In this document: positions 1 to 13,797 of the stretch, one piece after another | Layout of the letters: the number at the start of each line of letters is the position of its first letter | How positions within the stretch are numbered: the stretch's first letter is position 1 | Translations under genes and position numbers: made by a program | Notes under the pieces: generated by a model | The model's database searches: none | Told to the model about the DNA's origin: nothing | The model's input: only the letters and a program-made list of their open reading frames with translations | NCBI RefSeq assembly: GCF_002105155.1 | Contig: NW_019029005.1 | Location: forward strand, 434,001 to 498,000 | From: Lobosporangium transversale | Taxonomy: Eukaryota | Reading direction: 5' to 3' | DNA: 64,000 nucleotides

Positions 1-43
1 TCAAATTTGAAGCAACACTCACGGTATTCATCTGAGAAGACTA

Positions 44-2148
44 ATGTCACTGCTCTGGAGGCTTGGGATCCCCTGTGTCCTCACGATCAACTACACCAGT
101 GCAAGGCCTTCGAAAGAGCACCATAGCATCGAGCCTGTCCGTGAGGAGCTGGAACTTTGGGAGAACGACGAAAAAGTAGCGACATATGTAAGAAGACCAA
201 TGAAAGGGAGCAAGGATATGAAGAAGTGGCATGTTTGGCTTTAATATCGCGTTAACCTAATACTTTTATTTATGCTGGTCATATGTAGAAACTTGGAAAC
301 TGTATTGGAAGGGGACAGTTTGGCTCTGTATATAAGTAAGTTGTTTTGTTTGTCTGACACTTTGCTCGGTTATTATTGGGGCCTATTAATCATTATGTTT
401 ATTTATATCATTTAAACTAACTTCATACTCGATGTATTTGATAACAATTGTAGAGCGATGAATATGGTGACAGGCCAGATGGTTGCAGTGAAGCGGATCA
501 AGATCGATGGGCTGAAAGATGAAGAACGGGACATGTTGATGCAGGAAGTAGATTTATTGAAGTCACTTGCTCATCCATCAATTGTCAAGTATGAGGGATT
601 TATTAAAACAGAGGACTATCTCAACATTGTCCTGGAGTTTGTTAGAACGGTTCGCTCTTGACAACACTCAAATCCTTTGGGGCATTTCCCGAAAAGCTCG
701 TAGTCGCATATGTGGTCAAAATCCTGGAAGGACTTGTTTATCTTCATGGCAAAGAGGTAATTTTATTATTTTGTATTGAAAGTAGACACTGAATGTATGA
801 TTTGTGTAAAGTAGTCTGAAATGACGCAAAGGAGATTGTCTACTGATTATATGGTGGGTTTTTATTTTATGGCATTTTTAGGTTGTTCATTGTGATCTAA
901 AGGCTGCCAACATTCTCACAACTAAGAATGGAAACGTGAAGCTTTCAGATTTTGGAGTATCTCTTAATCTCAAGGTGAAGGAGTCTGACTTTGGTGCTGT
1001 TGCTGGAACACCTAATTGGAGTATGTTGATCGAATGCAATAGTCGTTATTGGATTGGCCTTTACAAAGCTATGGGATTGTTTAATTTCCGATTACATCTT
1101 GTCCTTCTCTCTCTAATATCATTTCCCTTTTTCTTCCCTTTTTTATAAATTTTCATTAGTGGCACCGGAGGTGATTGAGTTGAAAGGTGCCTCACCAGCC
1201 AGTGATATCTGGTCTTTGGGATGCACAATCATTGAGATGCTGACGGGACGGCCTCCTTATGCAGATCTACTTGCAATGACAACTTTGTTCCGCATTGTAG
1301 AAGATGAGCGACCGCCATTGCCCAGTGACGTGTCTGCAGACCTATTGGATTTCTTATGCCAGTGTTTTCAAAAAGACCCAGCGTTGCGGCCCAGCGCAGG
1401 AGATTTGGGTCGCCATGTTTGGATTAAGCGTAATTTTGCAGCAAAGGTTAGCATAGGACAAACATTTTGCTCGTTTCCCATTGTCAATTTGTAAAAACGG
1501 CTTGGTAGTCTAATGCGAAAAGGTTATCTATTTATTCCATTCTTTCAGGAACTTAAGCCTATGGACAGTTTACCATTTATGAAGCGTAAACTGCTGGAGC
1601 CAAAGGAGAGAGTCCTTGCATCAACGCAAGAAGAAGGCAAAGAAAATGGAGCGGCTGCTAGAAGGTCTCTAACGCCACTTGGGCTCTCTTCAGGAACAGC
1701 TACAGGGCCACCACCGGCTGTATCTCCTAACGTTCCACTGCAGGCAAGTGGAAGTGGCGTAGCACTCGACGAGGAAGCGTTGACAGTGCTGGTGCATTTT
1801 ATGCTTCTTCGACTGTTCCAGCTCCGACCGTTCTCCATGATCGGTATCAGGAAATGAACCGAATGAGCGGCAAGGCAACCAATCAGCACCAGTTTGTTAA
1901 GAGTTCATTTGCAAAACGTAATGGAGATTTCAATTATGTTGGAAGCTGTAATATCTTATTGATACGTACTGTTCCTGAATATTCTTACTGATGCTACTTT
2001 CTTTTATTCTATAACCTCTTAAAGCTGTGGAGTGTAGATTGTGCCACGATCACGTGAAGAAGCAGGCTGTAATCTGTCAAGGTAAAGTCGGTGCTCAATA
2101 GAATGGCTTATAAATGTGAACATGGCTGGAGAGATAGAAATGGTGCTC

Positions 2149-2179
<31 letters not shown>

Positions 2180-4537
2180 CTCTCCTTATGACTCCTTAGA
2201 TTGCAGTATGGTATTTCACCGAAAATGTCAGTTCTATGTCGGTAATACATGTTTTCCGGGTCCACATCTCTCTTATTTCCAGTCAGGCACACCTGTTCCA
2301 TCCTTGCCCAACCTGAAAGTACTAGCGAATGGAAAAGTCAAAGGAGGCAGTCGTCCCAGTTCCAGGGCTTCACAGTTGAATGTGGATGACCGATCACGAT
2401 CCGCAACTCCTTCTCAAGGTCTCTCACCACGACCCTGTCCAACACCTCCGCTCTCAATTTTCAGCAAACGTGAGACGACCACAATCAACGAAAGCTCAGA
2501 GCATAGTAGGTTATTTCCCCTGTACCTCCACTGCCATTACCTCAGCTCCCCTTGACTTCTGTTCAGCGTACCATGTCCCCTGAAGGGTACCTGACCCTGC
2601 GGATCCATACAACAGTCAGAATCAGATTCAGGGCCAATCAATGCGACCACCAAGCCGCCAATGCGATAGCCCTACATCACCGACGTTTTCAGGACTCCGC
2701 AACTTGATTTCAGGAGGGGAGGAGATTCTCGTTCAGTAAGAAAGGCACATCTGCATCAAATGCCCATCCACTCCCAACGCCACCTACGTCGTATAGCTCT
2801 AATCCTACGCCATCTGCTGTCGCTTCTTCCACTGTACATGTACGACAGCAGGCTGGGACTCCAGACTCTAGCAAGACACCTCGGCAACCTCCTACGACAC
2901 CACCAAAAACACTTCCTGTCCCGATCACAGGCAACAATAAAACAATAAAGTTAATTTGAATGACTCCGCGGGCCGAAAATATCGTGGGCGTCTATATCAT
3001 CCTGGGCCTGGACCGTTGGATCCATTGGATGATAATGACATTAATGTGATTGGCCATTTCAGTCGAAGCCATCAAAGACCAACTCGATCAATATTTTCTC
3101 TACAAGTGCGCCACCAGTTTCATACGGACTATATGGCGGTAGCGGGAAGAAGGTTAGGAGCAGGAGCAGAGTTCTGGGAAGCCGCCATAGCGCGTCGTCG
3201 TTGAAAAAGTATGGTGACGATGAGTTTGATGGAAACGATGAACAAGAGCAGAAAAGAGTGGACAGCGATGATGATGCCGAAATGGCCATGATGGCATTGA
3301 TGATATGGAAGAGAGGATCTGGAAGGGATGTTAATTCCTTCGTGGCTAGAACACCACGTTCGAGTGTCGATGCTGGACATCCTGTTGTCGTTACTAACGG
3401 TGTGGACACCTCGAGTCAATAGCCACCAATCCTTTGGCCAGGCATTGAGTCATAAACAAATGCAGCTAAGCCGGGAGCCACCGTCGCCACCGCCACGACT
3501 ACCGCGATCAAACATAGCCGCTTATCACCAAAATGATTTTCCTAGGCCTCACTCAGGCGCAAAGTCACCAGCTATGCGAAAGTGTCTTCAGCAAACCCAA
3601 CAGTCACAACAGCAACCTTCACTTTCTGGTGGTGGACGCAGTCAGCTGAATAGTGGATACAGCTCTTCTGGGTCCTCTTCTGCAGCGTTGACGTCGTCTT
3701 ATTCGTCAACTCAATCGAACAATAGCTCGTCTGCTTCATCTCTGGGTTCGGTTGCAGCATTGCTGGAAGAAGAAAACGGGCGATGAAGGAAATTCAACAG
3801 CAACAGTATCATTCTGGAGGGGCTCGGTCCAAGAATGCAATGCTCAATGTCCCCACAGGATTTCATTTGGCAACACAGCCTCGAGAGGCTCATCACGTAG
3901 GCATTCGGACCATGCTCAACCGCTTCTCGGCTTCAAACAAGGATCACACAACACGGTTATGACCGCCGCTGAGTGTGCATGACAAAGAAAAAAGAAAAGG
4001 AGACACAGCTGTTGCAACAACATCGCGATATTTCCAACAAGAGTCCATTAAATGCATATAATAACATCAACAGTATGTCTACAGGAGCAATCAAGCACCA
4101 GATCCAAGCTCCTACACAATACCAGCAGCTTCATGGCCAGGCTCTTGCTGGAGTAAGATCAATTCATCCATTACAGCAGCAAACATCAGACACGATTGCC
4201 AGAAGCACGGATGTCGAACTCAACAGAGTTCGATAACATTGTCGGGCAGAGAACAAAGTTTGCTCAGGGGTATGAATTGAGCCACCACCAACTTGAGGCA
4301 GCGAATGGAACATTATTACAGAATGCAACAAACGCATGGAGAGCTTCATCACCTGGTGGGATCCATTACTCAGCAGATTCCACTTCTTCATCTACAATTT
4401 TACCACCGTCGTCTTCATCACATGCCAATGGTTTGGTAGGAGGAGGAGCAGAGGCTGCTTTGTCGGCCCTCAAGAGGGGTCGTAAGGTCATTCGGCGAAG
4501 TATGGGTGCAACTCTTGAGAAAGAGCACTGGGATTAA
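44..4537 (+). CDS. Cdc15/Cdc7/SepH-like (STE11-group) Ser/Thr kinase with a C1 zinc-binding domain and a long disordered C-terminus; multi-exon with apparent frameshifts; both ends uncertain
   Basis: Spliced reading gives ...ATY|KLGNCIGRGQFGSVYK|AMNMVTGQMVAVKRI...LEFV(E)NGSL...|VVHCDLKAANILTTKNGNVKLSDFGVS...VAGTPNW|MAPEVIELKGASPASDIWSLGCTIIE. GT-AG introns lie at 188-288, 336-453, ~757-881 and 1021-1158. The C1 motif is split over three exons (1887-2252). Downstream Ser/Pro/Gln-rich ORF pieces join by single-base shifts to the stop at 4537. Confidence 0.85.
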
Positions 4538-4561
4538 GAAACCAAATCATGTCCCATGACG

Positions 4562-4595
<34 letters not shown>

Positions 4596-4774
4596 TCGGT
4601 ATGGGCATGATATGATGCCATTTATTTAACCAACATTCACCATTCCATTCCAGACTGGACATCAATTAATATCTATTGTACTAATACTTGTAATGATAAC
4701 GATAATGATAATGATAATGACAATAAAAGATACATTTCCTTTTTTTTTTTTTTTTAACTAAGAATTGGATAATT

Positions 4775-5421
4775 TTATGCTCTAGTTTTGTTTTTCCACA
4801 TAATTTCAATACCACTATTTTCGCCTTTAACAGGATTTTGATAGTCAGCAGAAGAAGAAGATGCTGATGCTGATGCTGATGCTGATGCTAAAGATGATGG
4901 ATGCCGGGTATTTTCCTGTTGTTGTTCTAATAGCTGTCTTTCTTTTCCTTCTCTTGCAGTCCGTCCGGTGAATTCTTGCCATCCTTCATTCACCATCTTC
5001 TCTTCCGTCTCCTCCTCTTCTTCTTGATAGTTGTCAATGTCGAGGGATCCTGTATGGATGCTGAGAGGGTTTGATCTGAGGTACCAGTGTTTAGGTCTGT
5101 ATCTGTACCTGTATTTATCGGTCTAGAGTGATCTGTCAAAAGTGATATGAGGGGACCTTGTGATGATATTGATGGAGCATCTGTGGTGGTAGTAGCGGTA
5201 GACGACTGACTTGCATGATGATTCTTTTTGTTCTTCTTTTCGATAACATGAAAATCTTTGCCTTGACGACGTTGTTGATCCAATGCTTGGGCACGTTTTT
5301 CATCGACGACCTGCCAAGGAACAAATGCAGGTGCTGCGACAGTGAAGACGGCCCCGACCGCGACAGTGAAGAAGAGTGAAAGAGTGATTCGCTGTCGCTG
5401 CAACAGCGTGAGCGGTCGCAT
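4775..5421 (-). CDS. Small membrane protein, possibly cytochrome c oxidase assembly factor Coa2-like, with low-complexity tail (one frameshift near 4995)
   Basis: MRPLTLLQRQRITLSLFFTVAVGAVFTVAAPAFVP has a basic N-terminus and a single hydrophobic helix, resembling the Coa2 pattern. The usual LPCP motif reads VPWQ here, so the family call is tentative. Confidence 0.45.
4859..4889. repeat. (GATGCT)n hexamer microsatellite encoding an ASASAS run on the minus strand
   Basis: About 5 tandem GATGCT units. Confidence 0.85.
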
Positions 5422-6469
5422 TATTTATTCTTTCTCTCTCTTGTCAATTTGTGTAAGAAATGGATATGGGGCTCCCGATAAAGAAATGTAGAATGGGTTT
5501 TTATATCCCGGTTGGTTTTGAGTGTCGTGTATAAAGTAAATAAGTATGTTATATAAATATTTTTAGCTGATCTGAATCCTTCGGAGGTTTCCTGAATTCT
5601 TTTTAGATCTTGCTTTGGTCAATGATTCACTCAAGAAGCATTGATGAAATTAGCCTAGTGTTTCGGTTTTTGTCTTTTTGTTGTCTTGAGAACTGAGCAG
5701 GATGATCCAGCGATGTTGGGGTCAATGAGAGTAATTTTCTACTTATTACTTTGTAACTTGAAGTGATGCCGGAGAAGAGAGATTGAAACTGGATGCCATG
5801 TGTCATGTGACTAGATCATCAACCACAATAGTGAAAAGTGAATGAATGTCTATCAATATTGATAAATCAAAACGTTATCTGTCCTTAAACAATGCATGTA
5901 TGTATCTTTCATTTTAGACATTGTTCTATGGGTATGTTGTTTAATGGGCCTTTTGTTCTTTCTCCAACGGACTTGTTCTTCCTTCGGACAAAGCTTTCTT
6001 TATCTCTTACCTTGCCAGGATAGTTCTTATTGTTTTCGAAAGAATGTGTGCTTTGAACTTGTGCGGGTGAATGAATAGCCATGGCCTGTATTTTTATCTT
6101 GGTTGCACACATTAAATTCACCTCTCTGTTTTCTTGGCAGGAATGATCTTTTTTTTTTTTTTTTTTTTTTTTCTTTCGCTAAATGGCATTCTCATGAACT
6201 TTTATAATTCTATTATTTATACTCCTCTCTCCACCTTCTACCTCGCTCTTGATAAAAAAAAAAATAGAAAAAAAAAACTCATTCACGTACATTCATATTC
6301 ATATTCACATTCACGTTCACATGTTCATTGTGTTCTGTCATTGAACGTTTTTAAAAGAAAAAATTGCCTTGACAAAGAAAAAAAAAAAATGAAACTGTCA
6401 CACAGTGTCCTCTCGTTTCCTTTTCTTCCTTCCACTCGTCGTCAACGCTTTCGGCGGCAACTACTTCGT

Positions 6470-8491
6470 ATGAAGTCCTCTATTCAACATACTCTCTTTC
6501 CCCCCTTTATCTTATCCACTTCATCCAAACTATGTCTGCTATTGTATTGGTTTACCCTGTGAATCCACAGAATGCGCGCTGTAAAGGCTCTTATCGATAC
6601 AACAGCAACGATAACAAGTTCGATGGAGATTGCAGATGCTACTGTTCCTGCTACAGTAATAGCAGCAGCTAATACCAATTTGGAACAGCAACAACAACAT
6701 CAACAACAACAGAAACAGCAACATCTTCACTACTACTTCCTTCCTCGACGCCCACGTTAATAATCCCACTTCAATGCCAGGATTGTATGGGTCCCAACAA
6801 CACCAATATCAATAATATGACTTGTTACAAAAACACACGTGCATTCCATTACAATACCTTTGCGACAACAACAGCTTCCAAAACGCCTGTACAGATATAG
6901 TAGATACCCAAGACCCCAATGATGATCAAGATTATGATAATGGTCCGATTCTCTGCCAGGATCAACTCTGTGTAGCAGCCAATTTCTTGCCTCTACCTTC
7001 GCCTGGATCAGGCAAGATGAGTCGAAGCAGTAGCTCGGATTGTCTGATAGGCAACTATTACTCACTCTTTGGATCAATACCAAGTACACTCAGTCTTGTG
7101 TAGAAGCATCCATAATTATTATTATTTATAGTAATAAGAACCAACGGCGACGTCAAGTAGCGTGATGGTGTCAAGCGTGGAATATTTTGTTCAAGGATCT
7201 TGCTTTTTAAAGCACTTTGCCCAGGTTGGATTGTCGACCACCGTTTGTATGTCAAAGGACGGGCTTGGATCAGCTGTACGGGATTTGTGTCGATGGTTCA
7301 GAGAGGACGGAGCGGAGATGGCGGAGGCAGTGGATCATCACCAGCTGGAGGAGCGACCACAAAGTATTCTGCACAGGAGTATCTTGTTCAGGGGCTTTTG
7401 ATCGGATATGTTGTTTAGCGTTGGGGATTGGACTCGGAGTCGGGTTTTGGGCACTATAAGCGGAAACGATTCACATCACGATGGATGGGTCACATATGTG
7501 AACAAACAGGAACAGCGCGTACACTTCACGGTTACACTACGACACGTGCTCGATCTCGTACTCAAGCCTGTGATTCTTCTGCTTCTGCCTCTACTTCCGC
7601 TGCTACAGCTACTGCCTTTGCTTCTGCTTCTGTTGGCGATAGGGCAAAAAGTTGGATCTCATCTCTATTGGTGTCATTGTAGGGGAAAGCGACCATTACA
7701 AGAGACAGCCAATTCAACTAGGATAACCCATTGTCGTTATCGTCTTAGCTGTTGTAGCAATGGATAATCGCGATTCCATAGCAGAGTCTATTATTACCCA
7801 AAGCAGTGATATCTTTGTGAACAACAACAGCCGCAATAACCGATGGCGTTGGCGATGGGGCGTGCCTTCACTCAATAATAATAGCAACACGGGGTTTATG
7901 TTTACTAGATGTTTTGGTCCTGGAGGAGCTACTCTCTATCCAGAAATGGAAACCGCCCCCATGTATCAGAATGGACCTGATCTTCCGAGTTATCATGCAG
8001 CAATGAAGGGATTGCAATGAACACAATTCATAGTGGAGAAGGAGAAGGAGAAGGAGGAGAAAGAGAAGAAAGAGGGGAAATAGAGAATAATAGTCTTCAA
8101 ACAAGTCCAACGACACAGAGACTTACTCGACCAAGATCTGCATCTGGCACAACAGCAACAGTAGCAGCAAACGACAGCGACGACAGCAGCAACCGCATCA
8201 ACGTTGAGATCAGTTGAACCAGAAATGCCACCACTAACTCTGGTCAAGGCGTTTGATCAAGAGAATGCCCAGGCAAGTTGCGCATGTAGTACTGCGCACA
8301 ATGAGGGTAATGTCATGGCTGTACCATCTACTTCACACCCACGCCCTCCTCCTCCCTCCTCTTCTTTAAGCATAAGTCGTTCTGTCTCTCAACAATCTCG
8401 GCAGTCTCGCGGTCTCAGTGATCGAGCTTGTCTGCAAACTAAAAGCCTGACAAAGAAATCAGAGAAATGGGAAATTTGGAATATAGTATAA
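6470..8491 (+). CDS. Hypothetical protein, possibly secreted or membrane-anchored, with poly-Gln, Cys-rich segments and PY-like motifs; heavily frameshifted
   Basis: Chain of overlapping plus-strand ORFs (6572, 6822, 7200, 7428, 7760, 8017, 8204) with coding-like composition. There is a hydrophobic stretch near the first ATG (KLCLLLYWFTL) and APMY/LPSY motifs near 7955-7995. No family recognised. Confidence 0.4.
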
Positions 8492-8773
8492 TAATTAGAT
8501 ACCCTGTTGGCTTTTTTTTTTTTTTTTTTTTTTTTTTTTTCAAGAACAACCATCTGTCTTCTGTAAATATAACATCTGTACATATTCTCAAAATATAATT
8601 TTAACCCATCATTTAGAATAATTTTTAAACCATCATTATTATTATCATACTATTATATATACAAAATGAGTTATGGTGATCGCTACTATTACTTGTAAAC
8701 ACTTTACTATTTAACAATGTTAATGTGGTATCAAAGATTCGCAGTTTTTTTTTTTTTTTTTTTTTTTTTTCTT

Positions 8774-11700
8774 CACCGACTAGAAGCAATGGCGACAAAG
8801 ATGGCCAAAAAGACAAAGCCAAAAGTCAAAAGGGAGCAAGCGAAACTAGCCTTACTAGGGCCTGGGATTGACTCCTCCGAGTAAAGATTAAAGAGTTCCG
8901 GCAACCTTGGACCTGTCGAAAGCGCAAATGTCTCGACCTCTGGCCTCAGACCATGTAAGACTCGAATGACTGCCCTTCGTTTGCGGAGGCTGATAGGAAA
9001 TGAAGATGACCATCGAGGGTCATTGGGGGATGATTCAGAATGCTCGTTTGGGTGGTAGGAGGGAGGAGGAGGAGAAAGGCGACAGATTAATGTAGCCTTG
9101 CTGTGTATTTGCGCGCAATGTCATCATTGCAGCATCCGCAGCTGTTGATTGAGATTGACCGCTGCTAAGGGGGTCTGCCCCTAAGGATCTGCTTGTTGCC
9201 CTTCCCTGTCCTGCAGGTTGGATATCACTGACAGTGGATCTTCTGATCTGTCATTGTCGGGGATGATCCAAACTTCTGCAACGGGCCCGCCTTTGACACG
9301 CTGGCCCATGACCAAGAAATCATCTCGAGCGAGAGTAAATAGACGCCTTGCAGGCGTTTCCGGCACTGAAGGCATAGTATAATTTATTCCTGTCGTTGCT
9401 ATTCTAGGGGTGAAGATGTTTCCTTGGCCTCGATTGTGCTCTTGGCCTTGAGAAGTAATGCTTTTAAGGCCATCAAAGCGCCCAAAAGCTGAGCTATTTG
9501 CCTGTTCAAATGGTGGTGGCGGTGGTAACGGGGTTGTGTGCTCGAAATCGGCCGAACCACTCGACGAGATGCTTGCGTGGTGCCACATTCTTCTCGCCAA
9601 GCATAGTGTTGTCCACGAATGCGCATCGATATCTCCATGGATTCTCGATAAGACGGCTTCAAATCCAATGAAGATTTTAATCGCTCAATCAGACTCATCC
9701 TTTTCCCTCTGGATCGCTGATAGTAGTTGCTGTTGCTCCTGCCTTTGCTGAAGCTTCTTTAGCCTTCTCTGTTCTGCCTTTTGGCTTTATTCTCCTTGGA
9801 ATAATAATCCAGCCGTGTCCGCCACCACATGACCACTCTCCATGTGAGCTTTCTTGTCGACATTGTTGAAGATTGGTATCATGATGAATTGACCACCAAA
9901 TCCATGTCTGTGGATCTTCAGCTATACAAACGCGAATGAGGGTCTTTTGAAAATTCAGATGTCAATGCGTTATTGAATAGGTTATTGTCACTGCCATTAC
10001 GATTAGCCTGATCCAGTCCTAGGCTCAATTGGTGTGCCAGGATCGTATCCTCCTTTCACCTTCGTACCCATCGTTGACCTGAACATGCTGAACCGACGGC
10101 AGGGGCCTCGCGTTTATGGATGTTCGCAGTAGTGATGATGTTGGGGATGAGGGTGGCGGTAATGGCGTTGGCACCACCACTGTCGATGTCAATATTGGTG
10201 TTGCCAAGGACGAAGGATTTACCTGTAGTTCTGACCCTGCGGACGCTTGGCTTGTGTCTGCTGAAGCAAGAACTTCTTCTGTGACATCTGCTATTTCGAC
10301 CATTGCTGTCGCCCCAAAGAACGTTAAAGATGCTGATGGCAAAGGTCCTGATATTACTGAAACTGTTACCGGCGCTGCTACTGGCACCTCTGTTGACGGA
10401 GAATGTGGTCTAGGCGCGGACAGTGGTGACATGTCTCTGATATTCCCCTCTCCACTTACTGGAGCCATAGTCCTTAGTACCGGTAAAGACAAAGTATCTG
10501 TGTTTTCCAAATCATGACTAGAAACGGAGGAAGCATGTGTTTGCGTATTGGCCAATAAGGCTGTAGTCGCTGCTCCAGGGCTACGCTGATCAGCAGGGGT
10601 CATTCCCTCTGATTGTCGGACTGGCCCACGCCTACGAGGTGGCACGTACCGTCGCGATCTCGACGCTGGTCCTCCGGGCCTGTTCAGCGGCGGCGGACCG
10701 CCTCGGATGTGTCCAGTAGCCACCCTCTCTAGACCGCTCGATCTTTGCACCCGATCATTGTTAATGTTCGTGTCTGAAAGACTTCGGTGCTGACTGGCAT
10801 CCATATGATTGAACTCAATAGCTTCCTGTCCGGGTTGTCGGTCCGCTCAGCTACAACTTCATAGGAGCGACCTGAATCGTGCTCATTCTGCAGTAGTTGA
10901 TGCGAATTCCGGATCTGTGATGGATTCTGAGGCTGTAGATCCCTGACTGTCATAGGAAGCTCTGTGAGGGCATTAGGGTCAGATTGGGCAGGCTGAACGT
11001 TGCGATAGTAAGGTCCGAAGTGATCCCTGCAGATTATGATTACGGATGAAGCGCCTACTGTTGCGAGTTCTTGGAACTAATTGTGTTGATTTGCCAGATA
11101 GTTTTGGATCCATCAAATAGCATAGATATTCGATTGTATCTTCGACCCAATACTCTAATGTCCAAGCACCTTGTTGAGAAGGTGAGCCTTCTCTTACTTC
11201 TTCTCTTTCTTCTTCTTCTGCTTCTTCGATTTGTAATGTCTCATCTTGTCTCTGCTGTAAATGGGTAGGCTGCCCTGGCCCACAAGGCCCTGTCTGTGTC
11301 GTGTTTGAGTTAGTGTTAGCGTATGAGTGGTTGCAGGGTGTGTGTGGCCAACTATATTCGATGGAATATGCTGCCGCCTGACTTCATAGTCTAAGATTCC
11401 ACAAGGCTATAGCTCGGGATCACAACGTAGGTTGTACTCTGATCCTCTGGAAGGTTGAATGGTAATGCGGATATGGGAATGGGGATATATCCCGGAAGCT
11501 CATCCTCCTCCAGAAACGGTCGGCGATATATTGGTGTGGGCATGGGTGCGCGGAAGTAGTTGCTACTGCTATTGGTACTGCTGGTGCTAGAGGCCCCTGA
11601 TGATGTATCATCTCCGTTTCTATTGCATACGTTTCGTTTGCACTTTTGAGGAAGCGAGGTTGTTGTTGATTCGACTACAACGGCCCCAGGGTGAGGGCTA

Positions 11701-12090
11701 GGTCCTTCCATGTCATCACGTTTTGTTGTACGTAGGCTGGCGGGTAAAGAGGCAGCGAAGCCCTTGTGGTTATGTAATATTGATGGTTGCCAGTGTGCTA
11801 CTGTGTTTCCTTCATGAATGAGGGTGCACTCCTGAACTGGCCTGGTGCTCTGACTTTGAGTGAGATTGATACTGATGAGGATACCATTTAGACGATGACG
11901 ACTCTGGTTGACAATTAGAAACTGTTATATTCATTTTCAGATCCAGAAGCATAATATGACCTTCTGGAAAAAGTTTAGTTGACGTATTCGCAGAGGAGAT
12001 GGTGGTAGCGGAGTCTCATCTGTATCCAACGAAATGATAAACGCCGTCGTAGACTGGGCTAATGCTTGTCGGCTTCGTAATCCATTGTTG
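8774..12090 (-). CDS. Large hypothetical low-complexity protein with LPGY/PPSY motifs and a hydrophobic C-terminal segment; heavily frameshifted, start uncertain
   Basis: Chain of minus-strand ORFs (11391-11711, 10729-10953, 10025-10804, 9399-9698, 9181-9600). LSPPPPSYH occurs near 9060, and the terminal ASFACSLLTFGFVF/LAIFVAIASSR* near 8775-8850. No family recognised. Confidence 0.45.
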
Positions 12091-13756
12091 TTACCGCACG
12101 TTCAAATTTTATTGTTCTGGTCACTTAATAACGCTTAATTTTGCTTATGAACCCAAAGTTTGTAAGAGTACAGAGGAAACAAAAGAATTCATAGAAATTC
12201 AACGCTCTTTTTTTTTTTTTGTAAGGAAGAGGCTAAAATGATGTTGGCCTGTCAGCTCAAAGTGATTGCTTGCTACGACAAAGTGATGATGAGCTAAAGA
12301 CGGTGGTTTAGAGGACTTTACACGTAACGACTTCTTTGACCACAGCAAAAATTGATGGTAAATAAAAAAAAAAAAAAAAAAGGGGGGAAAAGAAGAGGAA
12401 ACAGTTCCATGCACGGGAGAAAGAAGAGAGCAAGGAAAGTAAGTCTGAGGAGACAGTGGGAGACAATGGGGCTTCAAGAATTGGGAGGAAGAAAGGTGGG
12501 AGAGTGAGAAAAAAGAAAAGTAACAAACGTGCAGTAGGACACAAAGTCGAGACAAAATCCCCATCAAGAGAAGACTGGTAACAAGCAATTTACCAATGAA
12601 CGAAAAAACCAGTTCCTTGTACAAAATTGCTCTCATTGATTGGCGAATCTCCAGATAGGCAGTAGGCACGAGTATCCACACCATCAAATGGCAAGTGTTG
12701 TGTGTAACGGTCCAGTAAGAAATACAACAAAGAGGTGAAAGTCCTGTGATATTGAGGCATGTGCATGTCAAGGGTATATCTAGTCGAATTGAATCGTGTA
12801 TGCGTAACTGAGGGTCCTTGTTAAAAAAATGAATCGTGTGTGTGTAAAATGGAAAAAGGGAATCGAACGGTTTATAATGAGCCATGCTTAACTATGCAGA
12901 TCAAGGTTTTCTTCCCACGCCACGACATGGTTGTCAATGACGGGGGAACAAAGGTAAAGTGGATAAAAACTAGATGCTGAAAGTCATGGAATAAAGAGAA
13001 ACTGATTGTTTGTACTCGGATTTTTTTTTTTTTTTTTTCATCCTGTTTCTTTCGTATTATTTTAACAGGGTCATTGATCGTCTTTTCAAAGCAATTCTCC
13101 CCTGATGCACATCTAGGAGGGGATTGATTTGAATCTAATGAAGTATCGCGTGCTTGGCAACATCAACCAAAAAGTAATACTGAACGCCCATTCCCATTCA
13201 GACGACCCTTGGGATGTTGGACCTAATAATCATAATTCTATCATCTTTATCACATAAGAAGACGTGTATGTGCTTAACAATTCTACCGTCATTTTTTTTT
13301 TTTTTTTTTTTCCGCATTGTCCCAGCACACACCATCAGAGAGATGAATCCATCAGCATTGGCCAAGAGGAACAAGATAGATCGCGCGGGAGATGATGGTG
13401 TTACATGTTTGGCTCTTTAACTTGCATGTGCATGAGCATGAGCGGAGATGGAGATTAGTCCCTTCTCTCGAGGTATATATTATTTTTAATGTCATTCATT
13501 CTTCTTCATGATCCATGACGTTAGTCTACCCCCGTGGGGTAAAAAGTAAAAAGGGGGTCGAGAGGAAGAAAGGGAAGGTGATACAATGGGCAATGAAAAG
13601 ATGTTTCGGTGGGATTGTATTGTCTGTGTCATTCATCAGGGCTTCGGGAAGTCTGTTTTTGCACGATGTTCCTTCCTTCTTCCTCGTCATTCCTTCATTG
13701 ATTGTGATTCAACTTGTCGTGCTCAAGCTGATATTGTGAATTAATAGAAGAGGATC

Positions 13757-13797
<41 letters not shown>

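Noticed and set aside
12199..12885. 228-aa minus-strand ORF (and similar Phe/Leu/Ser-rich ORFs at 6134, 14187, 17271, 26070, 29110, 35752)
   Set aside because: They run through CT-rich and poly(T) UTR or intergenic sequence and have no recognisable motifs; likely spurious.
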